From Nitrososphaeria archaeon (GTDB taxonomy: Archaea; Thermoproteota; Nitrososphaeria; JACIWG01): DNA of 11,105 nt. Positions 1 through 7,335 of this stretch are shown here, piece after piece. The stretch is taken from positions 1-11,105 of the forward strand of contig JBEKIG010000030.1 of the NCBI GenBank assembly GCA_050011875.1, given 5' to 3'. Every line of letters begins with the position of its first letter. The stretch's first letter is position 1. Under the pieces are notes generated by a model. It worked only from the letters and a program-made list of their open reading frames with translations. It did not search any database and was not told the DNA's origin. A program made the position numbers and the translations under genes.

Positions 1-162
1 AAAAATAAAATATTTTCCCACCAAAATTAAGAATTAAACCTGAGAATTTGCCTTTCCTCGCAACCCTCCTCATATCTCACATGTCGCTGTCTGGGTCTCT
101 AATACGTATGTCGCTGGATGGACATTTTCCTATTCGTTCACTATGGAGCGTGATGATGACGC

Positions 163-486
163 TTATGCGGCCACACTCCATACCGACTCTGTAAATGTTG
201 CATGGTCTATTTGTTGCATGAATTCTTTGTGAATTTCCATCATTTCCCTATGCTTCATCATTCTTTCACTATCCTCCTCCATCTCTTCTATGCTCTTGTA
301 TTCCCACATTTCAACGTATGAGCCGGCTACTCCACCATATTCTTGCTGGTAGAGTCTCCAAGATTTTAATCCGCCAAAAGCTTCTGGGTTCTCTTTCTTG
401 AATTTGACGAATTTTTCGACAAGTGCCTGAAATTCCGTCCTCTTTTCGTATTTAACCCTGTATGTTAGAACCAAGATGATATTCAT
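163..486 (-). CDS. Small dimeric alpha-beta barrel (NIPSNAP/ABM-like) protein, 107 aa
   Basis: ORF with SD GGAGGTGA (minus strand, 497-504) 10 nt upstream of the ATG. Ferredoxin-like pattern: YRVK strand, helix, KSWRLY strand, YVEMWEYKSIEEME motif, C-terminal ESVW strand. Fold call is by eye. Confidence 0.7.
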   Translation of the reverse strand: MNIILVLTYRVKYEKRTEFQALVEKFVKFKKENPEAFGGLKSWRLYQQEYGGVAGSYVEMWEYKSIEEMEEDSERMMKHREMMEIHKEFMQQIDHATFTESVWSVAA

Positions 487-530
487 CCTTTTTCATTCAC
501 CTCCTCTTCTGATTTTTGAATCAACAATTG

Positions 531-568
531 ATAAATATATATTTATTATTATGTCAGACTTATATATA
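531..568. promoter_or_regulatory. Divergent archaeal promoter region (two TATA-like boxes)
   Basis: Perfect 16-bp palindrome ATAAATATATATTTAT (531-546), placed to serve the minus-strand gene, and TTATATATA (560-568), placed to serve the plus-strand gene. Both genes have SD sites. Confidence 0.55.
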
Positions 569-625
569 CTTAGAACCACTTTAATAACGAAAAAATGGAA
601 TCAAAATTAAGGAGGAGGGTAGGAC

Positions 626-982
626 ATGCTCTATGAAGTAGCTCAATGGCGTATTCCTAAAGAATTCAGTAAGAAACACATTGATATGTGGAAAGAGATC
701 CTTAACGAACAGAAATCCCACTCGGACAAGTTCTACTATACAAGGTCATGGATTCTTCAGTTGGCCGAGAAAGAAGCCGACCCAGCTGAAGAAACATGGA
801 TGTATATCGACGAATACGAAGACCAAAAAGCATACGACAAAATGGCGAAGATGATAGAGGAGGACCCTGAAGTCATCAAATTGAAGAAAAAATGGAATTC
901 CAAATGGGACCAAATAAGAATTCCTGGCTCCTTTAAATCAGAACTCTGGACCGAAAGAGTGAAGGTTGAGCTGAAAAAGTAA
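626..982 (+). CDS. Small dimeric alpha-beta barrel (NIPSNAP/ABM-like) protein, 118 aa
   Basis: SD GGAGGAGG at 611-618. Motifs WRIP, RSWIL, WMYIDEYEDQKAYD and FKSELW are colinear with those of the 163..486 product. Confidence 0.7.
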   Translation: MLYEVAQWRIPKEFSKKHIDMWKEILNEQKSHSDKFYYTRSWILQLAEKEADPAEETWMYIDEYEDQKAYDKMAKMIEEDPEVIKLKKKWNSKWDQIRIPGSFKSELWTERVKVELKK

Positions 983-1317
983 AATGAAAATCAAGGAAGA
1001 GTTAGAAACCATAAGCGCATGAATCAACGTTTAGAGAGTTCTTCCAACGATGCACTGGGCATATCGCGCCATTTGAAGCCACCTTGAGATATAGGACTAT
1101 GTTTGGATAGCCTTCTACACCTCGCTGATTTCATGAAACACGAGATGCAGACTCCATACCGTTGCCGTTGAAATTGCCATTCATGATTGGAACCATAGGT
1201 ATTATCGCTGGTGAGAAATGACTATAAACTTCCATAGCCTTCAAGTGATATATTCAACTTCCCTATCCTTGAGGAGAAGTGAATTTTCAGTCTGTTATGA
1301 CTGGTTTTTAGGATTCA

Positions 1318-1376
1318 CTGACACCAATTCTGATACCAATACCTTTATAAAGGTTGCTACCGGTATCTAATGGTAG
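1318..1376 (+). promoter_or_regulatory. TATA box inside a 14-bp palindrome, flanked by putative operator half-sites
   Basis: ACCTTTATAAAGGT (1341-1354) is a perfect palindrome containing TTTATAAA. Direct repeat CTGACACCAAT/CTGATACCAAT (1318-1328, 1330-1340). TACCGGTA palindrome (1358-1365) and GGTA (1372-1375). Confidence 0.6.
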
Positions 1377-1389
1377 TGATAAATGTTTG

Positions 1390-1536
1390 ATGAAAAAAGT
1401 TATGGTAAGCATGTCAAATGAAATGATGAAAGCTATTGAAGCAGAAAGAAAAGCAAGAAAATTAGAGACCATCCCTGAGACGATAAGGTCGGTCTTGGGG
1501 GAATACTTTAAGATGAGAGAGGATAATATCAAGTGA
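1390..1536 (+). CDS. Ribbon-helix-helix (CopG/MetJ-like) DNA-binding protein, 48 aa
   Basis: MKKVMVSMSNEMMKAIEAERKARKLETIPETIRSVLGEYF gives an alternating beta ribbon, a helix, a turn, and a second helix (PETIRSVL). ATG 1390 is preferred over TTG 1354, which abuts the TATA box. Confidence 0.75.
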   Translation: MKKVMVSMSNEMMKAIEAERKARKLETIPETIRSVLGEYFKMREDNIK

Positions 1537-1557
1537 ACATCTGTCTGAGAGGTAGGC

Positions 1558-1968
1558 TTGAAATTGGAATTGGGAATAACAGTAAACTCAATGCTGAGGA
1601 ATGAATTTTTCATGATTCTAGCAAGTGCACTTTTATTATTTGTTCTGGCATTGGTATCGTTCCAATTCTGGGTATTCTTCTTCTCGGTTTTAGTTGGATG
1701 GGTGATTGCCGATGGTTTATCAGGTTTCTTTACAAGAAGGGGCAGAGGAATTGGGCAAACGATGGGTTCAAATCGCATGCAACCGAGAGGGGTTGTTTAT
1801 CTTGCATTCTTTGTGGGAATTATCGTTGCCACAGAAATTAGCTCACTTATGCTAAACGGAGTTCCCAACTTAGTGGCTGACATAGGCAAATATTACCTCC
1901 TTCCCTTGAGTTTTTTTGCGTCTCTCGTTGTTTGGGTTGACATGCGGGTACGACTTTATCGACGTTGA
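1558..1968 (+). CDS. Hypothetical integral membrane protein (~4 TM)
   Basis: Four hydrophobic stretches, with a basic Gly/Arg loop (TRRGRGIG) between the two pairs. Starts 21 nt after the RHH stop, so probably co-transcribed. Start is uncertain (TTG 1558 or ATG 1591). Confidence 0.65.
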   Translation: MKLELGITVNSMLRNEFFMILASALLLFVLALVSFQFWVFFFSVLVGWVIADGLSGFFTRRGRGIGQTMGSNRMQPRGVVYLAFFVGIIVATEISSLMLNGVPNLVADIGKYYLLPLSFFASLVVWVDMRVRLYRR

Positions 1969-2113
1969 CGATAAGCAAGAATGCCAGTAAACAAACGACA
2001 ACGCTTCCAGTTAGGATGGTTTCATTAAAACTTAACATTTTACTTGTTACCAAAGCGATTATCGCTCCCACCATTGCTACAATGAATAGTTTGTTTGCTT
2101 CTGAAAATAACAC
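1847..2113 (-). CDS. Possible small 2-TM membrane protein (overlaps 1558..1968 convergently)
   Basis: Two hydrophobic segments, LFIVAMVGAIIALVT and ILTGSVVVCLLAFLLIV. The frame is open upstream to 2212. The 122-nt antisense overlap lowers confidence. Confidence 0.35.
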   Translation of the reverse strand: MLFSEANKLFIVAMVGAIIALVTSKMLSFNETILTGSVVVCLLAFLLIVNVDKVVPACQPKQRETQKNSREGGNICLCQPLSWELRLA

Positions 2114-2231
2114 ATTGTCTGATGTATGTTCATCAACCGAATTTTTACAGCGAGAAGAATCAACCGATGACTTTACAGAACCTCCAAACGTTAGACCTAT
2201 ATCTCTCCTCTCTTAATGGCTATGGATCGTA

Positions 2232-2627
2232 TTGGATCCAATAGAAATTGCTGTAATAGTTGGTGCTTTAGCTGTCTTCCTAATCTGGGGGCCTAATAAG
2301 ATACCTCAACTCGCCCGCTCACTTGGCATGGCTCAGAAAGAGTTTAAGAAAGCCCAGTCTGGTGTTGATGGAATTGTCGAAGGTATTACAGCTGAAGGGA
2401 ATAGCTCTACTGATGAGAAGTTGTTAGAGGTTGCTCATAATTTAGGAATAAATACAGAAGGAAAATCGATGAATCAGGTAGCGAGTGAAATTGTCGTTAA
2501 AAAGCCTGTGGTGAGTAGCTCTACTGAGGACAAGCTTTTAGAGGTTGCTCGCAGTCTAGGAATAAGTACCGAAGGAAAAACGATGGATCAAATAGCGAGC
2601 GAAATCGTCGCCAAAAAATCGGTCTAG
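2232..2627 (+). CDS. tatA: Twin-arginine translocase TatA/TatE family subunit with duplicated C-terminal module
   Basis: Short N-terminal TM (PIEIAVIVGALAVFLIWG), then hinge and amphipathic helix GPNKIPQLARSLGMAQKEFKKA matching the TatA pattern. TTG start, with an in-frame stop at 2214-2216 upstream. Confidence 0.9.
   Translation: MDPIEIAVIVGALAVFLIWGPNKIPQLARSLGMAQKEFKKAQSGVDGIVEGITAEGNSSTDEKLLEVAHNLGINTEGKSMNQVASEIVVKKPVVSSSTEDKLLEVARSLGISTEGKTMDQIASEIVAKKSV
2403..2624 (+). repeat. Two-copy in-frame tandem repeat in tatA (period 114 nt / 38 aa)
   Basis: 2403-2510 SSTDEKLLEVAHNLGINTEGKSMNQVASEIVVKKPV versus 2517-2624 SSTEDKLLEVARSLGISTEGKTMDQIASEIVAKKSV: 26/36 identical residues. Confidence 0.95.
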
Positions 2628-3101
2628 CTCTCAGACTTGTAGGATTAAGGCTCACCGGCGAGGATAGTGTCGGGGCTTTAGAAGATAAAGCCAAAACCTG
2701 AATAACAACGTGGACGTTGAAGGACAGTCTTGAAGGAAGCTGGTGAAACCCTGCACCAATTGATTTCTTTTGATATAAAAACTAGCGATGATTCCGGAAC
2801 CTTGTAATGTGCTCCTAAAGGAGAGTACAAGGAGTAGCATCGACCCAGGACCTATAACTACCCATGGCGTGACAAGAAGAAGTAAACTGATGGAACAATT
2901 ATTTTGGTAGTGCAGGTCTTAAATTTCATCTTTGATTGATTGCTTTACAAGATATTTGTTCAGCAAAAATGTTTATTAGTGAGACGTGTCGCAACGGTTC
3001 GAGCAGCTTTTCAGTTGTCAAAATGGAGTTTCTTCTGCCGATTGTCATCTCCATCACTCCGCTATGTGCCATGTGATTACAAATAGGTTTCTTCTCCTGT
3101 G

Positions 3102-3230
3102 TTATGCTCCTTCAGTTGAATAAGCACACCATTCCCTGTTCTTGCTTGCATTCTGAATCAGTGTGAGCCACTTGTTCTCACCTCCAACCTTGATACCTAC
3201 CTTCTCAGGGGGTGTCTTCCCTTCTAATAA
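3102..3230 (-). pseudogene. C-terminal remnant of an archaeal DDE transposase/integrase (IS6-like)
   Basis: Manual translation gives LLEGKTPPEKVGIKVGGENKWLTLIQNASKNREWCAYSTEGA*. This resembles the LxGKTPAExAGIxxxGxNKWxTLIQNA tail I recall from archaeal DDE transposases. There is no start codon, and an in-frame stop lies at 3245-3243. Confidence 0.6.
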
Positions 3231-3455
3231 TTTACCAGTAGATTAATGCTGAAATCCCACCTCCCGCATAGCATACTTCCAAGTCAGCATTAGGTTGTGG
3301 CATGATGTTCTGATGATCCTAATATAGGTAATATAGCCACTATTTTTTCAAAGCTACATGTCAATAAATTGGACTGATTCGTTGAGGACGATTTTCATTT
3401 GGAAAGCGGAAGGGCTATGAAAAGAATAAATATTTAATAATAAATTAATTTATAG

Positions 3456-3728
3456 ATGAATAAGAACCTGGTTATAATAGGATTTTTAGTTATCTGGTCT
3501 ATTTTGGCAGCATTTACTCTCACATTGGGAGTTACCCTGAATTATCCTGACTATCTGCATGTGAACTATGGTTCGCCTTTGGTTTGGGGCACTCACACAT
3601 TGAACACGATTGCAGGGCCTGTGGATAAGTGGCAGGTCGATCCTTATCTGCTGCTTTCTGATCTAGCATTCTGGTTTGGGTCGATGATAGTTATTGAGAT
3701 CGTGTTGCTGTATTCTATGAAACGTTGA
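3456..3728 (+). CDS. Hypothetical small membrane protein (2 TM with external loop), 90 aa
   Basis: Hydrophobic N- and C-terminal helices around the loop YGSPLVWGTHTLNTIAGPVDKWQVD. The AT-rich upstream region has TATA-like ATAAATAT at 3426-3433 and no SD, consistent with leaderless expression. Confidence 0.75.
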   Translation: MNKNLVIIGFLVIWSILAAFTLTLGVTLNYPDYLHVNYGSPLVWGTHTLNTIAGPVDKWQVDPYLLLSDLAFWFGSMIVIEIVLLYSMKR

Positions 3729-4090
3729 TAACTATACATTAATCATAGTGATGGGAGCTATCAGATCTAAGGACATGGTTTCAGATATGTTTCCTTTTCT
3801 GATGTTCTTCATGTAATGCTCTACTGTCTCCTCAAAGTTTAAAGGAATCTAAGAATAGTAGAGCTCTAGTGAAGATGGTTTTCTAAACAGCCTACGCCTT
3901 ACCGTACGTGATAGGACAATAGTGAACAGCGGATATATCGGATATTACTAACTCAAAAAATATGCTATGCGTTATAATATATAAAAAAAATGTTATGAAG
4001 ATGTTTGCTTATTCAACGAGTTTTCTTCTAAATATTGTTCTGAGATTTGTTAAGGTAAGTATCGATTATGGATGACTAGGCTGTCAAGTC

Positions 4091-4198
4091 CGTTAAGTCG
4101 GCGTTAAGTTTGTCGTTAAGTTTGTCGTTAAATTGTGCGTTAAGCCTTCCGTTAAATTTTGGTTTTTTAACGCCAAAAACAGCGTCCGGTTTTTAGCG
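4091..4198. repeat. Iteron-like array of CGTTAA(G/A) repeats
   Basis: CGTTAA starts at 4091, 4102, 4114, 4126, 4138 and 4150 (spacing 11,12,12,12,12). Inverted copy TTAACG at 4167-4172 and degenerate TTAGCG at 4193-4198. Lies in non-coding DNA. Confidence 0.85.
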
Positions 4199-4237
4199 TT
4201 TTTACTTCATCATTTTCCAGCAAACTTGTCTGGGGCA

Positions 4238-5626
4238 TCATGATTTTCCGTCAAACGTTAAGCTTTTTCCTTGACGCAACATTTGCAGGCCTTTGTCCGT
4301 AAGTTGGACCTTGACACCATCTGATTCCGGTGTCAATATCACGGTTCCCTCTTTCTGGTACTTATCCAAGCAGTCAAAGGCGCCCTCCTTGGTAATCCCA
4401 AACTTTTTCCCCCAAACTGAATAATGGAGGAACGACGGGTTCTTCTGTATGATTTCAAGCCTTTCTATAACTTTTGGTTTAGGTGGAGGTGAGGGCTCGA
4501 CAGGCCTGGGCTTCATCTGCTCTTCTATAACCTCGTTAGTTCCTTCGTACATTAGACCGTTTTCAACAAGTTTAGCCCTTAGCTCGTTAAACCCCTTTCC
4601 TCCGCTCAGTTCCTTGAGGTATCTGATGAATTCTACGGGCGCTCTTATTACGTCCGCGTAGCCGTCCACCTTGTAAGATACTTCTTTCTCCGAACTGTTA
4701 AGGGCAATAATTCCATAAGGCCTCGTTCCATCTTCGATGAGCCAAGATAGTAGGCGTATCGGTATCGTAAATATGGGCAGTGGTTGTATATTAAGGTCTT
4801 TGAGACTAATGAATTCATCATAATAACCTAATAGCCGACGCTTTATGTCTAGGTTACGTTTTTCGTCGATGATTGTAAGGGGGTAGGACTGTTCCTTTTG
4901 GTGGACTTCAACGTCAACAATGGCATACCTCTCCTTAGGTACCAAACTCAAGCAGTCGGTCCCTAATAATCTGTATTGGATCTCAAAGGCAGGGAAATAG
5001 TATGGAGTACATTTAATTTGCAGAAAATCTCTTAGACTTTTTGATGTAACTCTTGAAATAAACCGCTCGTTAATTACATCTTTAACTGCTTCGTCGTATT
5101 CCTTATAATCTACCGTAAAGTAACTCATAATCCTCTCTGCTTGTTCTTTATCGTATCCTGCAACATTTTTTTCAAAAAGCAGTATTATATCATCATGGCT
5201 CAATTCATGCTTTCTTAGATCACTAGAAAACAGTTTGATATCCAAGTGTAGCTTTAGCTCGCGAAGTTGGGCTGCTACATCAACTAAAAATGCCTTTTTC
5301 TCTAATTTGATCTTATTCTCACAAAATCTAATCTCTCCATTTATTTCTATTGGAACCGTTCCGGATGTTGATCTAGAGGTAATTGATTTAGATAAATCTT
5401 CGTCAAATTTCCTATATTCATCTCCACTTAAGAAGATGGCAGCATCCCGAAGATTGTATGTCATTTTTTCAATAGAATTTAAGACATCGTCAACATTCCA
5501 ATCTTTTCTATCAAGTATAAAAGAAATCCTATCATGAATACGCTCATTTTTTAGATCTTCCCAACGGATTCGAATCGAATCGGCTCTGATATTGTTTCCA
5601 TTAGTTGTAAAATCAGGGTTTGTCAT
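4238..5626 (-). CDS. Hypothetical 462-aa protein with Pro-rich linker and C-terminal winged helix-turn-helix
   Basis: Long ORF. Linker KPRPVEPSPPPKPK is followed by HYSVWGKKFGITKEGAFDCLDKYQKEGTVILTPESDGVKVQLTDKGLQML (HTH, wing, and the LTxKG helix typical of wHTH). TATA-like TTAAGAAA at 5655-5648 on the minus strand. No NTPase or primase motif seen. Confidence 0.8.
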   Translation of the reverse strand: MTNPDFTTNGNNIRADSIRIRWEDLKNERIHDRISFILDRKDWNVDDVLNSIEKMTYNLRDAAIFLSGDEYRKFDEDLSKSITSRSTSGTVPIEINGEIRFCENKIKLEKKAFLVDVAAQLRELKLHLDIKLFSSDLRKHELSHDDIILLFEKNVAGYDKEQAERIMSYFTVDYKEYDEAVKDVINERFISRVTSKSLRDFLQIKCTPYYFPAFEIQYRLLGTDCLSLVPKERYAIVDVEVHQKEQSYPLTIIDEKRNLDIKRRLLGYYDEFISLKDLNIQPLPIFTIPIRLLSWLIEDGTRPYGIIALNSSEKEVSYKVDGYADVIRAPVEFIRYLKELSGGKGFNELRAKLVENGLMYEGTNEVIEEQMKPRPVEPSPPPKPKVIERLEIIQKNPSFLHYSVWGKKFGITKEGAFDCLDKYQKEGTVILTPESDGVKVQLTDKGLQMLRQGKSLTFDGKS

Positions 5627-5754
5627 TAATTTGCAATAGTTTCTGGGTTTCTTAACCTTTGCATTTTTAATAGCCCTAAAGAGCTATCTAAATGGAACCA
5701 TCTATCGCACAGCAGATATAGAGATGACTTCAGCCTTCTGTCATGACGATATTT

Positions 5755-5775
5755 GTTGCCTTGAATGAATAAAAT
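5755..5775 (+). repeat. 21-bp direct repeat, left copy (att/TSD-like)
   Basis: GTTGCCTTGAATGAATAAAAT, identical to 9398-9418. Confidence 0.95.
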
Positions 5776-5853
5776 AGTACTACATGTAGTAAAGATAAAA
5801 GGATAATAGAATAACTCTAACGATAGAGTATGTTAGGTACTTTGTAGCTAAAC

Positions 5854-5860
5854 TTAAATA
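5854..5860 (+). promoter_or_regulatory. TATA-like box of the three-gene operon
   Basis: TTAAATA at -29 to -23 relative to ATG 5883, with no obvious SD, which fits a leaderless archaeal transcript. Confidence 0.5.
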
Positions 5861-5882
5861 TGAACTTCTTGGCTTTGGAAAT

Positions 5883-7262
5883 ATGAACGAGGATCAAGGA
5901 GTTGAAGAGAGATCGAACGCTGTCAAAAGTGACGAAGATGAAAGAAAGCCATTGTTCACATGTCACTTGAGCTATGTCTTAATGGATGATAATAATAATA
6001 TAGACTCAAAAGGCGATGCTCAAGCTCAATTGGATAAGCAAAATCTCTCTATTCTCCCTGAAACTGGCGAGACTCTACTTATCCCATTAAATGATATCCT
6101 CGAAATATCCGAAGGAGACTACAGGATAGATCTATATCTATCATCTAGGGAGAAATTGATGTTATTTAGTATAGGGTATAGCTATGAGGCTTTTCTCAGG
6201 ACACTCTTTGAATTGCGCAATGAAATTATACTCAAATACATGCTCATGGAAGAGAAACTTCGAACATCTGGTATAGAAACTGAATTCGTCTATTACGATA
6301 ATAATAAACGGATACTGCAGAAAGGGATCAGTGAAACCCGTCTTTATGAAACTGCGATAGTTATTCTACCCCAAAAAGGGGAACCTGTTAGGATACCTTA
6401 CAGCGATATATTGGAAATTAAGGCTGAAGATTATACTGTCACACTAAACACAGAAATTGGAGAAAGTATAGTTTTCTCTAAAATGGGAAGTCAATTTGAC
6501 TTATTTAAGAAGGCTCTTACTGAGGCAATCAATCAGCTTTTACTTAAAGCTCAATTATTACTTCAGGAATTAGCCCCTCAAGTAAGTCCTTTACTTATAA
6601 GGAAAGCAGCACATCTTATGAAAGAGGGAAGAGCTGCGAAGAAAAGCGATATTGAGTCAATCTCTCCAGAACTTTGGAGGCAATTAGAGAGAAAACTTGA
6701 AAAAATCAACCTTAAAGAAGAATACGATTTCCTAAGAGGAATATCTCAAAATGAACAGGTAAGTGTAGGTTTCAAACGCGGACTATTGGGTGACCCTAAA
6801 GGAGAATATATTTGGTTTCTAGTTGCAATCTATAGCAATAATCCGAAAGAACCTGGAAATGCAATTGCAATGGAAGCAGTTTCAAGTGCAGAAGAAGGAA
6901 GAGCTACTTACTTCTTTCGAATATCAGGGAGAAAGGATTATTCCAAAGAAGGTGATTTTGAAGATTTGCGTAGAAAGACAGAAGACCTGATTAGAATGAT
7001 TAATCATTGTCTAATTGTCATTAACTTCAGAAGGGAACCGATCTACTTATCAAATGATAGGCTTGATGATCCTGAATATATCAAATACAAGATTTCAGTT
7101 CAGAAGATACCTCAACTGCAAACCTTAAGAGACCTCTTTATAGGAAGAGTAGTCCATCTTACACTTGATCAATGGAAAAAGGACACGACGGATTTACTAG
7201 AATTCAATATTAACACACAAGACGATTCAGCAAAATGGCTTAAAAACGAAAAATATACCTAA
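5883..7262 (+). CDS. Hypothetical 459-aa protein with two tandem PH-like domains and an uncharacterised C-terminal domain
   Basis: Internal repeat with a 104-aa period (ILPETGETLLIPLNDILEI versus ILPQKGEPVRIPYSDILEI). Each unit is a run of beta strands ending in a helix and carries the IPxxDI motif typical of prokaryotic PH-like domains. No TM segment. Confidence 0.75.
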   Translation: MNEDQGVEERSNAVKSDEDERKPLFTCHLSYVLMDDNNNIDSKGDAQAQLDKQNLSILPETGETLLIPLNDILEISEGDYRIDLYLSSREKLMLFSIGYSYEAFLRTLFELRNEIILKYMLMEEKLRTSGIETEFVYYDNNKRILQKGISETRLYETAIVILPQKGEPVRIPYSDILEIKAEDYTVTLNTEIGESIVFSKMGSQFDLFKKALTEAINQLLLKAQLLLQELAPQVSPLLIRKAAHLMKEGRAAKKSDIESISPELWRQLERKLEKINLKEEYDFLRGISQNEQVSVGFKRGLLGDPKGEYIWFLVAIYSNNPKEPGNAIAMEAVSSAEEGRATYFFRISGRKDYSKEGDFEDLRRKTEDLIRMINHCLIVINFRREPIYLSNDRLDDPEYIKYKISVQKIPQLQTLRDLFIGRVVHLTLDQWKKDTTDLLEFNINTQDDSAKWLKNEKYT

Positions 7263-7335
7263 GGCAGAATTGAACAAAACAACCAAAAGGAATAATAACA
7301 AAACTTCATTGATATGATAGAGAGCGAATTAGTCT

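Noticed and set aside
81-116. Direct repeat ATGTCGCTG at 81-89 and 108-116
   Set aside because: Only two 9-bp copies with no supporting context; compatible with chance.
983-1317. Possible minus-strand gene or stop-readthrough ORF
   Set aside because: The minus-strand frames I translated are interrupted and none resembles a known family; no evidence for recoding.
1308-1778. 156-aa minus-strand ORF
   Set aside because: Antisense shadow of the RHH and membrane genes, and it runs through their promoter.
1965-2216. 83-aa plus-strand ORF between the membrane gene and tatA
   Set aside because: Its start overlaps the upstream stop, but the Thr/Ser-rich sequence looks like the antisense of hydrophobic codons and has no recognisable features. 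Not fully excluded.
2652-2840. 62-aa minus-strand ORF
   Set aside because: No SD, promoter or motif; lies in an apparently decayed region.
3742-3910. Protein-like minus-strand fragment (IPLNFEETVEHYMKNIRKG...)
   Set aside because: Short, interrupted by a stop codon, and not assignable to a family.
4091-4198. CRISPR array or coding repeat (LTTN-like) interpretation of the CGTTAA array
   Set aside because: Units of 11-12 bp are far too short for CRISPR and there are no cas genes. The LTTN frame has no start codon and is bounded by stops.
4449-5537. Plus-strand ORFs 4449..4661 and 5235..5537
   Set aside because: Ser-rich antisense shadows of the 462-aa gene.
5755-5775. tRNA-derived att site or integron attC explanation for the 21-bp repeat
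   Set aside because: No tRNA-like sequence or attC-type inverted structure at either copy. Other partial look-alikes (near 1161 and 3109) are too weak to count.
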